Assembly: GCA_964016885.1 (NCBI GenBank)
Contig: OZ024742.1
Location: 87,916,001 to 87,980,000, forward strand
DNA from: Eledone cirrhosa
Lineage: Eukaryota
Reading direction: 5' to 3'
Length of the DNA: 64,000 nucleotides
Shown in pieces: positions 11,938 through 24,719 of the stretch. The notes beneath the pieces were generated by a model. That model worked only from the letters and a program-made list of their open reading frames with translations. It did no database searches and had not been told where the DNA came from. The translations under genes were made by a program, and so were the position numbers. Every line of letters starts with the position of its first letter. Position 1 is the first letter of the stretch.

Positions 11938-14900
11938 GTGGGTATGACATTAAACTACATCCAGTGGCAAGGCTCTAGTTCGGGAGTTCAGGAGATGTGG
12001 TGAATGTGGAGTTACCCCTTAGTTGTAATGACTCCCAGGTCTGTCCTGGCCCGGGGTGGTAGTACCTGTTAGGGCTCCATTTATGGGTTAAATAACTACC
12101 TTATTCGAGTGGCGCCGGTAAGGTATTTTCAGCCATTGAAAATAAATATGGAGAGTCGATCTAACAGCACTAGGGTTAGAGCCCCTAATTACACTGTCAA
12201 GGAGCAGCCTGGTCGTTATGACTCTGCTGGCTTAGAGCCACAGAGAGGGCCAGTGGATGATGGATCAGCTGTCTCTGAGACAAATATAAAGAATGCAGTT
12301 TTGTCCTGCACAAGTGCCATCAAAATGGGCACTTTGAATGTGAGGACTATTCCGACGCTGGAGAAGAGAGAGGAGTTGGGATATCTGTTCGAGGAGAGTG
12401 GTATACAGATACTTGCGATCCAAGAACACAGGATTCTACAAGATGAGCCCGTGAGGAGTGTCATGATCGGGAAGAAGAGCCAGCTCATCACTACATCGGC
12501 AGTGAAGAATACAACAAATGCTGCAGTAGGAGGAGTGGGTTTTGTGTTCAGTGCAAAAACCAATCTGTTGGTGAGGGAAATAATGCCTATCTCCCCGCGA
12601 TGGTTGAGCGTGACCTTCAATGGAAACCCAAGACTGACAGTCATCTCAGCCTATAGTCCAACCGAGGGGGACAGTGATGTGAATGCGGAAGAGTTCCATG
12701 AGGAGGTGTGTAGAGCTGTCAACACCACTCAGGCACACAATATCCTGCTTGTTTTGGGAGACTTCAATGCACATCTGAGTAAGGAGGGCAGTGAAGATCC
12801 TTGCTGGTACTTCCATAACAACACCAACCGAAATGGAAGACTATTGAGAGACACCCTGCTGGAGGCGAACTTGATGGCGACCAACCTATGGTTTAGGAAG
12901 AATCTGGGGAAGATGTGGACCTACATCTCAGATGTGCACCTGTCCAAGTCCCAGATTGATTTCATTCTGGTGAGGAAAAAGTGGCGGAATAGTGTTCTGA
13001 ACACGGAAGCATACAACTATTTCAGTACACTGGGTAGTGACCACCGGCTTGTTATGAGTGAGGTCCGCGTGAGCTTAAGAAAGAGCAAAGCTCAGCCTCG
13101 GAGAACAATCTATGACTGGGAAGCTGTCAAGGAAGATGATAAGCTACAGGAGAGGTTCACAGTGGTAGTGAGAAACAGGTTTAATGCTCTGTGTGGAGAG
13201 TCAGAGGAGAGAGAGATTGGATGGACTGAGGAGAGTGTGACGAGGAGGTACGGGCACTTCACCAATACAGTGGCGGAAGCAAGTGATACCCTGGTGCCGA
13301 GGAAAAATAACAAAGGTAAGCACGTCAACTCTGCAAACCCAAAAGTTGGCGCGGCCAGAGAAAACCTGAAAGCTGCCAGGGACCAATTCTATGCTGATCC
13401 TACGGAGGAGAGGATGGAGACTGTGGAGGTGATGAGGGAAGAGCTCTGTACCGCTTACACTGAGGTCAGAGAGGAGGCACTGATAGAGAAGATCAGAAGT
13501 GTGGGCAGAGCGGTTGACAGATCTGGATGTAAGGAGAGCTGGATGATCATCAACGAGATCACAGGGAGGAAGAGAAGGTCTTCGAGTCAGATCCAGGGAA
13601 CGTGGCCCGAGGATAGGAAGAGGAAATGGCTAGACCATTTTAGGACCCTACTAGGAGAGCCTACCTCCACAGCCCACAGAACTGGGGGAGATCAGGCGGC
13701 TGTTTGAGGAAGTGGATGTTGAGACAGAGCCCTTCACCAGAGAGGAGCTTCAGAGAGCCAAGAAGAGGATCAAGGAGGGCAAGGCCCATGGAGAAGATGG
13801 AGTGGCATCAGATGTGATGAAGAGGTGTGATTTGGATGATATCATCCTGGGGTTCTGTAACGGGGCATGGAGAAAGGAGTTGCCCCGAATCAGTGGAGGA
13901 TCAGTAACATCGTCCCAGTGCCAAAGAAGGGAGATCTTTCTAACACCAACAACTACCGGGGGATCTCACTGACGTCACTTGTGGCAAAGACCCTCAACAG
14001 GATGATTCTTAACAGGATCCAGCCTGAGATGGAGAAGAAGCTCAGGGACAACCAGAACGGCTTAGAGAGGGTAGATCAACCACCAGTCACATCCTGATGC
14101 TGAGGAGGATATTAGAGGGAGCTAGAGCAAAGTGCCTACCTGCTGTCATGGTTTTCATTGACTTTGGGAAGGCCTTTGATTCTGTGGACCGTTACTGCCT
14201 GATGAAGATCTTACAGGCTTATGGAATCCCCAAGAGGATAGTGGACCTGATATCACTGTTCTACATCAACACCAAGGCCCGAGTCATTACACCTGATGGG
14301 ATGACAGAGTTCTTTGAGATACTGGCTGGAGTACTCCAGGCAGATACATTGTCTCCCTACCTTTTTGTCATCGAAGTGGACTATTGTATGCGCCTTGCAC
14401 TGGAGAAACACCAGGACTCTGGCTTTACTGTGGCACCGGCTCAGAGCAGGAGAGTTAGGGCGAAAAACCTATCGGATGCTGAATTTGCCGACGACATAGT
14501 TTTGGTGACAAATACAGTGAAGGAGGCGGTGGATTTGATGCGGGAGGTTGAGACTGTGTCGATGAGTGTGGGGATGAGAATGAATGAGACTAAAACAAAA
14601 TATCTGGTAGAGAATGTTGAGAAGCCACTGGGGATCACTAAGGTAGGCGGGAAGCCGCTGGAATTGGTTGAGGACTTCCTGTATTTGGGAGCAAAGATTG
14701 GGAATACGGAAGATGATGTGGTTGAGAGGAAGAGCAAGGCCTGGGCGGCGTGCAACAGCTTGAGATTGGTGTGGGAGTCGGACCTCCGTAGAGACCTGAA
14801 AATCCGCCTCTTCATTGCTGTAGTAGAGTCTGTGCTGCTGTATGGGTCTGAGACGTGGACACTGACCAAGAAACTCACTCAGATGGTGGATGGGTGCTAC

Positions 14901-15249
14901 ACAAGAATGCTGAGGATGGCTCTGAACATTAATCAGTATACACTGAGGATGAAAAACTCAGAGCTGTATGGGAGCATCCCAAAAGTCTGCTCAAAAGTGA
15001 CACAGAGGAGACTGAGGTTAGCTGGACATGCTCACCGACATCCAGAGTTGACATTGCACTCAGTACTCCTTTGGGAGCCCCTACATGGACACACTAGAAG
15101 AGGAAGACCAAGGTTAACGTACGTTGATGCCCTCAGGACAGACACTGGTCTGTTGGAGATGCAGGACATGGCAGCGATAATGAGGGACAGAGATCGCTGG
15201 AGAGAACTCGTCCATGGATCTCGGGAATTTTACCCGCCTTAGATAGATA
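11935..15249 (+). mobile_element. RTE-clade LINE, near full-length copy 1
   Basis: ~210-nt 5'UTR shared with copy 2, single APE-RT frame, almost no 3'UTR, short (TAGA) tail, inserted in (TA)n. Confidence 0.92.
12148..15242 (+). pseudogene. RTE APE-RT ORF (~1030 aa) broken by frameshifts near 13690, 13870 and 14070
   Basis: GTLNVRT, LAIQEH, GDFNAH, SDH, NYRGISL, FIDFGKAFDSV, FADD and C-terminal RRGRPRLTY motifs. Confidence 0.92.
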
Positions 15250-15281
15250 TATATGTGTGTGTGTGTGTGTGTTTATGTATG

Positions 15282-15330
<49 letters not shown>

Positions 15331-15360
15331 AGATCAAAAGATGGTTAAAAGAGTTCCAAG

Positions 15361-15430
15361 TATTTTATTATGCGCATTTCCAAAAAAATATCATCATTTG
15401 ATGATATCTGCGTTTTCATCAGATAAAATA
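15361..15430 (-). ncRNA. Minimal hammerhead ribozyme motif
   Basis: tattttat CTGATGA [long stem II with atatcatc/gatgatat] GAAA tgcgca TA ataaaata; 8-bp stem I, palindromic stem III. Confidence 0.8.
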
Positions 15431-16460
15431 TGATATGAAGCTTAAATAACACTTGTGAATAGTGATGTTTTAAATCAACATATGAAAAATAATTTAAGAT
15501 TGATGTGTAAGAATGGGAAAAAGTTAGGGGGTGGGGTGGAAAAGGTAAGGAAGAGGAGGAGATGAGAGTAAAGAATTGTGGGGGACGAGTAAGTATAAGA
15601 AGGAAGGATGAGAGAGGAGGAGAGATGTGTGATAGAGTGAGATAGCCTTTACAACTGAGAACAAATATATATTGTCTCACAGAGAGAAGTTAAAAAGCCG
15701 TTGGAAGATAATAGATAATTTAAAAGAATTTGAAATTAAAAGTTGATGAAGCGAAAAAGGGGTTAAGAATAATATTAAATTAAGGTTTGTATATTGAAGG
15801 GTTTAACAATATGTGCGAGGAAAAGAAATTATTAATATGCATTATTAAAATAAAAATATTAAAGTTATTAAGGATATAATGTGGAAAGAAGTAGAAGGAT
15901 GGATGAGTTATGAATTTAGAGGGATTAGTTAGTGTTTAAGTTTGTTTTTATGTAATGTAATATGTGTGCGTAATATATGTACGTAAATAGTTTGTTTAAA
16001 AATGAGCGCAGAAAGCAATAATAAAAGAATGTTTAAGGAAGAAAATATCTAACATCAAAAAATATATATGTTTACGAAATATTTTCTAATGGTAATAATT
16101 TAATATATTAAAATAAATTAGTTAGGGTTTAAGTTTGTTTTTATGTATTGTAATATGCAAAAGTCAAACGAGCATGAAAGGAAGAGAGAAGGAATTTAAG
16201 GGAGAAAAATCTAACGTCAAAACAATGTTTATGTTTACGAAGGACTATTAAAGGTAATAATATAATGTATTAAACAGATAATAATAAATTTTATGGCCAA
16301 TGATAGGAAGAAATATGGAAGAATGGATAATGTTGTGGTGAGTAATAATAAGAATTGAGAAGTAGTTAGGATGAAAAAGTACAGATTAGAGGTTAGAAAT
16401 TAAAAAGAAAAGCGGAAGAAAGGAAAGTGATAAAGAGGAATGATATAGAATGAGTAACTT

Positions 16461-16642
16461 GGATTGGCAGTATCGGTAGAGGGTCGCACGCCATGCTTTC
16501 CAGCATAGTTACGTCCCGTTACGATCTGAGTTCAAATCCCGCCGAGGTTGATTTTGCCTTTCATCCATACGGGGTCGATAAAATAAAGTGCCAGTAATGC
16601 ACTGGATAATTGCTGGCCTTGTGCTTAAAGTAGAAACAATTA
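16461..16642 (+). mobile_element. tRNA-derived SINE
   Basis: A-box-like tggcagtatcgg, B box gagttcaaatcc; about ten related copies in the window. Confidence 0.85.
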
Positions 16643-18397
16643 TATAATATATAATAAATAATATTGAAATAAGGTAAAAAGATGGGTATATTTAAAAAAT
16701 ATAAGCTTTGAAAAAGATATATTTGAAAAAGGTATATTTAAAAAAGATAAGCCTTTGAGAAAAAGATTATAAACTAGTAAGTATTAGATATTAGCTCTAT
16801 ACTTTATGGAATATTCTGTGGAATGTATGCAAGCAGAGAGAAAATAAATCAGTGCATTTATTTATTATAGAATTTAAAATATTAACTATAACATATCTTG
16901 GAGGAAAGTTTGTTGTGCCTCTCCTTACTTGAATGCCTCCCTATCCAGAACATATAATCTTTGCCTATCTGAGAAATTTACCATTATATCTAATTTAAAT
17001 TCTATAATAAATAAACGCACTGATTTATTTTCTCTCTGCTTGCATACATTCCACAGAACATTCCATAACATATACAGCTAATATCTAATACCTTACTAGT
17101 TTAATACCTTACTAGTCTCAATATATATATTATTGAAAAATATACCCATGTTTTAAACATATACCCATCTTTCTACCTTATTTCAATATTATTTATTATG
17201 TATTATATAATTGTTTCTACTTTAGGCACAAGGCCAGCAATTACCCAGTACATTACTGGTACTTTATTTTATTATTATTACATAATATTATGTACATTAC
17301 TGGTACTTTATTTTATTATTATTACATAACATTATGTATTATATAATACAAGTTACTCATTCTCTATCATTCCTCTTTATCACTTTCCTTTCTTCCTCTT
17401 TTCTTTTTAATTTCTAACCTCTAATCTGTACTTTTTCTTCCTATCTATTTCTCAATTCGTATTATTACTCACCACAACATTATCAATTCTTCCATCTTTC
17501 TTCAAATCATTGGCCATAAAAATTATTATTATTTTTTTAATACATTATAGTATTACCTTTAATAGTCCTTCGTAAACATAAACATTTTTTTGAGGTTAGA
17601 TTGTTCTCCCTTAAATTCCTTATCTCTCCCTTTCATGCTCGTTTGACTTTTGCATATTACAATACATAAAAACAAACTTAAACCCTAACTAATTTCTTTT
17701 AATATATTATATTATTACCATTAGAAAATATTTCGTAAACATATATATTTTTTGATGTTAGATATTTTCTTCCTTAAACATTCGTTTATTCTTTGCTTTC
17801 TGCGCTCCTTTTTAAACAAACTATTTACGTACATATATTACGCACACATATTACCTTACATAAAAACAAACTTAAACACTAACTATTTCCTCTAAATTCA
17901 TAACTCATCCATTCTTCTACTTCTTTTCACATTATATACTTTATAACATTAATATTTTTATTTTAATAATACATATTAATCATTTCTTTTCCTCGCACGT
18001 AGTATTAAACCCTTCAATATACAAACCTTAATTTCATATTATTCTTAACCACTTTTTCTCTTCATCAACTTTTAATTTCAAATTCTTTTAAATTATCTAT
18101 TATCTTCCAACGGCTTTTTAACTTCTCTCTGTGAGATAATATATATTGTTTCTCAGTTGTAAAAGCTATCTCTCTCTCTCTCTATCACCCATCTCTCCTC
18201 CTCTCTCATCCTTCCTTCTTATACTCATCCCCCACCATTCTTTACTCTCATCTCCTCCTCTTCCTTACCCTTTCGAACCCCCCCCCCCCTCCCCTCATTT
18301 TTCACATTCTCACACATCAATCTAAAATTACTTTTCATATGTTGATTTAAAACTTCACTATTCACAAGTGTTTGTTAGGCTTCATATCATGTATCCC

Positions 18398-18468
18398 TAT
18401 TTTATCTGATTGAAACGCAGATATCATCCCATGATGATATTTGTTTTTGAAATGCGCATAATAAACTA
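18398..18468 (+). ncRNA. Degenerate hammerhead motif, inverted copy of 15361-15430
   Basis: tattttat CTGATTGA ... GAAA tgcgca TA ataaa; core altered. Confidence 0.55.
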
Positions 18469-18643
18469 TTTGGAACTCTTTTAACCATCTTTTGATCTTT
18501 TATTATTTATACTCCAGTCCTACAAATTGTAGAGTGCTGCTTATTCGATATATGCATTGCTTTATTGTGCTACAATAAAACTCACCTCCTACATATATAT
18601 ATATATATAAACATATATCTATATATGTATATATCTATATATA

Positions 18644-19663
18644 TAACTAGGAATTGATCAACATATATATAAATAAATATAAACATGAAAAATCACAGGA
18701 GATAATTTTTACAAGCGTGTAACCACGCATGGCTAGTAGGTAACAAATAAATAAAGTTAACTAGAACTTCAAAATTATATACCTTTTAACGATTAATCTT
18801 CCCTGTATATATTTCATTAAATAAATATATTTCACCAATTAATCAGATGGTAAGTCACGGAAAGTGGATATTATTGGATTATCAACAAGGAAGAACAATA
18901 TCAAGCGATCCATGTTTACACTTCGAGTCAAAGTCTTAAACTGGCCGTTACCATGTGTTGATATTACACATCACAGCGGCTTCGTTTCAGTGGCGTGAAT
19001 AGGTATTCGACAACTAGAAATAGCAGTCAATTCCCTTCAACAGAGTTAGTTCTACAATTAAGGAGCAGTATTATATATCTATATCCAAAATTAAGATAGA
19101 TTAAAAGAATTCAATTAGAATCGAAATTATCGGTGTCATTCCTTAACGGAATGGACCATGTCGCCCGGAAAATAAGCTCTAGGACTGTGTAAGTACGAGC
19201 ATTTTAATAACTAGGAATTGATCAACATATATATAAATAAATATAAACATGAAAAATCACAAGAGATAATTTTTTACAAGCGTGTAACCACGCATGGCTA
19301 GTAGGTAACAAATAAGTAAAGTTAACTAGAACTTCAAAAATATATACCTTTTAATGATTAATCTTCCCTGTATATATTTCATTAAAGAAATATATTTCAC
19401 CGATTAATCAGATGGTAAGTCACGGAAGGGGGATGTTATTGGATTATCAACAAGGAAGAACAATATCAAGCGGTCCATGTTTACACTTCGAGTCAAAATC
19501 TTAAACTGGCCGTTACCACGTGTTGATATTACACATCACAGCGACTTCGTTTCAGTGGCGTGAATAGGTATTCGACAATTAGAAATAGCAGTCAATTCCC
19601 TTCAACAGAGTTAGCTCTACAATTAAGGAGCAGTATTATATATCTATATCCAAAATTAAGATA
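18644..19663 (+). repeat. Tandem duplication of a ~565-bp unit (1.8 copies)
   Basis: taactaggaattgatcaaca... recurs near 18644 and 19208 with few substitutions. Confidence 0.92.
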
Positions 19664-19717
19664 GGTTATCTATATCCAAAATTAAGATAGATTAATTTAT
19701 CTTAATTTTGGATATAG

Positions 19718-20184
19718 CCCACATAACACTATACACAGCACACAGCACACATAACACTATACACACACGCAAACGCATGCGCAAAGAAGACAAAATAAAA
19801 TAAACAAACAAGCAAATAAATAAATAAATATATATACAGACTGAATTAAAAATGGCGTAGACATACAACACAACAGGAGGAAAACATATAACACCACTGA
19901 CGATGTTGCAGATGTGCAACGAAAGATTTATGTAAATTATGTAAACTATATATATGTGTGTGTGTCTATATTGTATCTGTATTATTTTTGACCGTCGGTG
20001 AGTCAATGGCAACATTGAGGACCGAGTAAGTTAGATCGCAGATATAAAAGACAGCGAGAAGCGAAAACCAACCAAACAGTGAGTGTGTTCTGTTATTAAT
20101 TCTGGCAATATTACGCAAATATGACCCTCCCCAAGTATAACAATATCTGTTTCGACACACGATTTCATATGAAAAACCTCGCTA

Positions 20185-20187
<3 letters not shown>
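19718..20187 (+). mobile_element. Family B pseudo-LTR copy with tail; hammerhead motif ~19893-19935
   Basis: Matches the reverse complement of 670-1100; CTGACGA t gttgca-gatg-tgcaac GAAA gatt TA. Confidence 0.85.
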
Positions 20188-20253
<66 letters not shown>

Positions 20254-20704
20254 TTAATATATATTTATATATATACGTATATATATGCATACATGCATAC
20301 ATACAGACTCACGCACACGCACACGTAAGAAAACAAACACACACTCACATATACATACATACATAATTATATATATATGTATATATATATATGTATATAT
20401 TACATTGTCATTGCTTAATCAAAAACACAATCACATATACACAAATTCAATATTTTCCACAAGCAGATACAAATGCAATAACCTTCGAAAATAATATTTA
20501 ACCAGCCCCCAATTATAGTATAAGCAAACATCAGCAAAACTGTGAAACCATATATTATTACAATATCAAATAATTTGTTTACTCCGAAGGTAACACTTTC
20601 GATATTCTTCCATGCAACATATCACAATTATATAGCTTTTGTATTTGTCCTTATAAAGCACAACAAAATTGTATGCGAAAAGGCAAACTTTGGTATTGTT
20701 TTCA

Positions 20705-20742
<38 letters not shown>

Positions 20743-20755
20743 AAGTATGTATACG

Positions 20756-20793
<38 letters not shown>

Positions 20794-20965
20794 CGTACAG
20801 TAGTATGTATATATATATACATACATGCACACACACATATATATCTACGTATGATTTCACCGAACATTTATTATAATGCTCGTGTGTTTGTAAACAAACA
20901 TTCTGAATTAACCCGTACAGTGTGTAGCAACCATCGTTGCCTATTTGTTCAACACTGACAAAGGA

Positions 20966-21008
20966 ACGCTGTACTAGTTTCAAGCTTATTAGCTTTCTTC
21001 AGCAACGT
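20966..21008 (-). ncRNA. Minimal hammerhead ribozyme, intact
   Basis: acgttg CTGAAGA aagct-aata-agctt GAAA ctag TA cagcgt; all stems paired, palindromic CUAG stem III. Confidence 0.88.
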
Positions 21009-21389
21009 ATACCTTCCTGCCAGATGGTGGAACGTCTGAAAGTATATACTTTACTTATGCATATTAACGGATGAGCAGCCTAATTTGCACATCGAGTGAG
21101 TTAATCGGCCGCGGTACCGAAAAAGATAAACAAAAAAATGAAACGAAATTTCATTTCTCACTCTTAGTACGGCTGTTACTTAAATATAAGTATGTATACG
21201 TACATACATATATGTATACAGACGTACAGTAGTATGTATATACATACATGCACACATATATATATATGTACGTATGGATTCACCGAACATTTATTATAAT
21301 GATCGGTGTGTTTGGAAAAAAACATACCGAATTAAGCCGTAGAGTGTCTAGCAACCATCGTGATTCATTTGTTCAAAACTGACAAATGA

Positions 21390-21432
21390 ACGCTGTACTA
21401 GTTTCAAGCTTATTAGCTATCGTCAGCAACGT
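21390..21432 (-). ncRNA. Minimal hammerhead ribozyme, second tandem copy
   Basis: acgttg CTGACGA tagct-aata-agctt GAAA ctag TA cagcgt. Confidence 0.82.
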
Positions 21433-21990
21433 ATACCTTCCTGCCAGCTGGTTGAACGTCTGAAAGTAATTACTTTCCTTATGCCTATTAACGACTGAGC
21501 AGCCTAATTTGTATATCGTTGACGATAGCTAATAAGCTTGAAACTAGTACAGTGTTTCTTATTCAATGTTGAACAAATGAGCAACGAAGATTGCTAGACA
21601 CTGTACGGCTTAATTCGGGATCTTTGTTTACAAACACACCGAGCATTATAATAAATGTTCGGTGAATCCATACGTACATATATATATATATATGCATGTA
21701 TGTATATATATATATACATACTACTGTACGTCTGTATACATATATGTATGTACATATACGTACTTATATTTAAGTAACAGCCGTACTAACAGTGAGAAAT
21801 GAAATTTCGTTTCATTATTTCGGTTTATATATATATATATTGTTATACTTTGGGAGGGTCATGTTGCCAATAAGAAACACAGGCACCATTTGCTTTCACT
21901 TCAATTTATTATAATAAATTTATAAATTTAAGAATTTATAAATTTCCGGTTGGTTGGTTGGTTCCACAACCAGATAGTTGTTTATATATT

Positions 21991-22034
21991 GTCAAAGTTC
22001 TTTCGCCACATATTATGTGACCTCTTCAGTGACT
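21991..22034 (-). ncRNA. Hammerhead motif in PLE pLTR
   Basis: gtca CTGAAGA g gtcacat-aat-atgtggc GAAA gaac TT tgac. Confidence 0.75.
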
Positions 22035-22233
22035 GGGGATTCATTTCTTTGTTTTTGTGCCTCACTTTTGTTCTGTCCTACGCCATTTTGTTTATGTATG
22101 TGTGTTGTGTGCTCAGTCTGAGCATGCGCCACATCCGGGTGTCTGTGTGTGTTTATATTCGTTTATTTATTTGTTTATTTACATGTTACAGGTTGGTTGT
22201 TTGTTCTATGTGCGTGTTTTTTTCATTTTGTCC

Positions 22234-24715
22234 TTAATTGTAAGTTGTGATGTTGCTGTTCCACTCATATTTTCTATTTAATTTTGGTTGTAATTCTTTT
22301 ATGTTTATTGCCTCTGTGATTTGTCTAAACATTGCGTATTTTCTGTGTGTAGATTCTATTTTTATTTCTATGTTCTCTAATTTACCCTTATGTTCTATTT
22401 TAGCATGTTGGTAGAGTACAGATGATTCTTTACTATCTTGAAGGTCTCGTCAGTGTTCATTTATCCGTTCCCCTACAATACGAGCTGTCTCACCTATGTA
22501 CACTATATTGTTGTCTCTACATTGTCCTTCAGTACATCTTATGCTATATACTACATTTCTAGTTTTACAGTTAATATGGGGGCTAAATTTACAGGTTATA
22601 CATTTCTTATCTATACAGAAGGGTCTTTGAAAAGGGTATGACTTGCTAATAAGTGTTTTTACGGAGGTACCTGGTCTTTCTACTATATTAATATTGAGTT
22701 TATGTTTATCTAGGGCCCTTCTAAATTTGTAACCTAATTCACCTCTAGGGGTTGTATCGATGAATATTACACTCTGGTATTTATTGCTATCATACCATGA
22801 GTTTATTCTATTAGACTTATTCCTAGTTCTTTCTATTCTATTCAAAAATGTGCTCCTATTCAAGGGGCAGGTCCCATTTGTGTCATTATTTACCATTTTT
22901 TCCCATTTGGTTCTGGCTCCTCTATACACTCTGATTTTATCTCTCTGATTGTAACCAGAGAACTGCATACGGTGGATGAAGTGTTGTATGTGTCTCTCTA
23001 GTTCCTCGGAGTTACACGTGCGGGACACGTTTCTCATCACCCGTACCAAATCCGCAATCAGTATGTTGATTTTGTTATGGTCCGAAACAGCTGAGTTTCG
23101 GTGGATCAGATGTTTGGAAGTCATGGGTTTGGCACAATGGGATTGGAGGATTTGTTTTTTGTTATTATTGGTATCTAACCAGAGCTCTGTGTCTAGTACA
23201 GGTAATCGATGGTTGGCGTGTTACTTGGGAGTCTATAGTAACTTTAATACTCTGGTGGATGGAGTTAGCTATTTGCTGTTTGCTTTCCATTGTGTTTTTC
23301 TCTAATTCCTGACTGTTCTCTAGTGGGGTTGTTTTAACTACGATGTTTATATCATCAACGTAGCGGGAGTAGATTATCAGGGTAGAGGGGTCTTCTAATT
23401 GTTCCTTAAGTATAAGTTTAAGTCTACTGTCCCACCATACCATGAATAAGTTAGCTATGTCGCCTGCAATGCTAACACCAATGGCTGCTCCTTCCTCTTT
23501 GGCATATGTTTTTCCATTAAATTTGAACATGTGTTCCTTAAGGGTTATTTTTATGCTGGCCCCTACTGCAGATGCAATCATTTTCTTCAGTTCATCGTGG
23601 TTTTCGGGTGTCCGTATGGCTCTGGTCCACCCATTCCATCTATCTGTGTGGGTTTTCTTGGCCATTGAGATAATGCTAGGTGGTCTGCCTCTTGCTGGTC
23701 TTGTAGGGCACAGGTTGATAAGGTCATATGTATCTAGGTAATTATTACTATAGGTAAGTTTATGTAGGAGTCCCAGCTCACAGGTATAAATCCCACGGAA
23801 CTTAACATTGCTCTCACTGATCATTTCTACGCATTTCTCCACAGCAAAATCCACGTCAATAGATGGATACAGGGACACAACATCCATACTACCTATTATG
23901 CAGTTTGTTAGGTCCCTAGATCGGTTACTCTCACCGATTCTGCTGAGGAGGTCCTCCGTGCTGTCATATACATCTGGGGACATTTCAATGTTGGGGCGTA
24001 TGATCAGGGAGAGGAAGTAGGAGAGTCTGTAATTACTAGCAATGTTAGCTCCACAGAATGGCCATTAGGTGGTCTCGTGACAGGGTCACTGCCCTTTTAT
24101 GGTATTTTCGAAGCCCATACAACGCCGTCACGTCATTGTTCCAGGCCTGGAATTTATTGGCAGTCCTTTTTTCGGGCTGCATTATATTCGTCCCCATCAC
24201 CATATGGGCATTGAGGGCTTTTTCTCTATCCTCATGCTCCTCTGGTGTTACCTCTCTTATGTTAGTGATGTGGGGTTGCATTGCCTGGATGTAGTTTGGC
24301 AGGCTGTCAACCGACATTCTGCCAGAATTGTCTGTTGGAAAGCATGCTGTCTCTCCATTACGCGAGCGCTGCATGAGCTTACGCAAGCCATTTGCAGATT
24401 TTTCTCTCAGTTGCTGGGCCCCATTCTATTATGCTTCTTGCTATACTGTTCTATAATATTTCTAATTTCGGATCTAGCTACACTAAATTGTGCTTCTGTT
24501 TGTTCATCGACCTGCGACGGCAATTACGTGCGTTTGTTAAATGGTAAAGTCGTGCCGTGGACTCGTCGCAGGTCGAACGACTTATCGGAGGGATTGTAAA
24601 AAGTAGTGTTCCAGGCTGCTGCTTTATGTGTACTAGTGCTATTGTTATTGTTAGTAGTGTTGTTTCTATTTATATTCCCACCAGCAGCCTCATGGTTGTT
24701 TCTATGTCTCTCATT
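22234..24715 (-). pseudogene. PLE RT-GIY-YIG ORF, 5'-truncated and frameshifted
   Basis: GSMDVVSLYPSI, GAAIG, YSRYVDD and VVYSIRC...YIGETAR motifs. Confidence 0.92.
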
Positions 24716-24719
24716 ATTT

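Larger units (their letters stand above)
15325..18592. mobile_element. 3.3-kb fold-back element (PLE-derived, non-coding)
   Basis: Arms ~15325-16885 and ~16985-18510 are diverged reverse complements, ~80-nt tail on the right, hammerhead near each outer end, (TA)n flanks. Confidence 0.85.
20742..21826. mobile_element. Hammerhead-bearing tandem plus inverted repeat (retrozyme-like)
   Basis: Two minus-strand units with ribozymes 424 bp apart, then an inverted third copy from ~21519 ending in the tail; (TA)n flanks. Confidence 0.85.

Noticed and set aside
12040-12105. Twister- or HDV-like ribozyme in the RTE 5'UTR
   Set aside because: Stems are present but the conserved cores and pseudoknots could not be fitted.
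12216-14878. Antisense ORFs over the RTE, Dong, PLE and Tx1 coding regions
   Set aside because: Shadow frames of retroelement ORFs with no independent motifs.
18990-19050. CTGTTGA...GAAT hammerhead-like string in the 565-bp tandem unit
   Set aside because: Two core mismatches and no convincing stem I.
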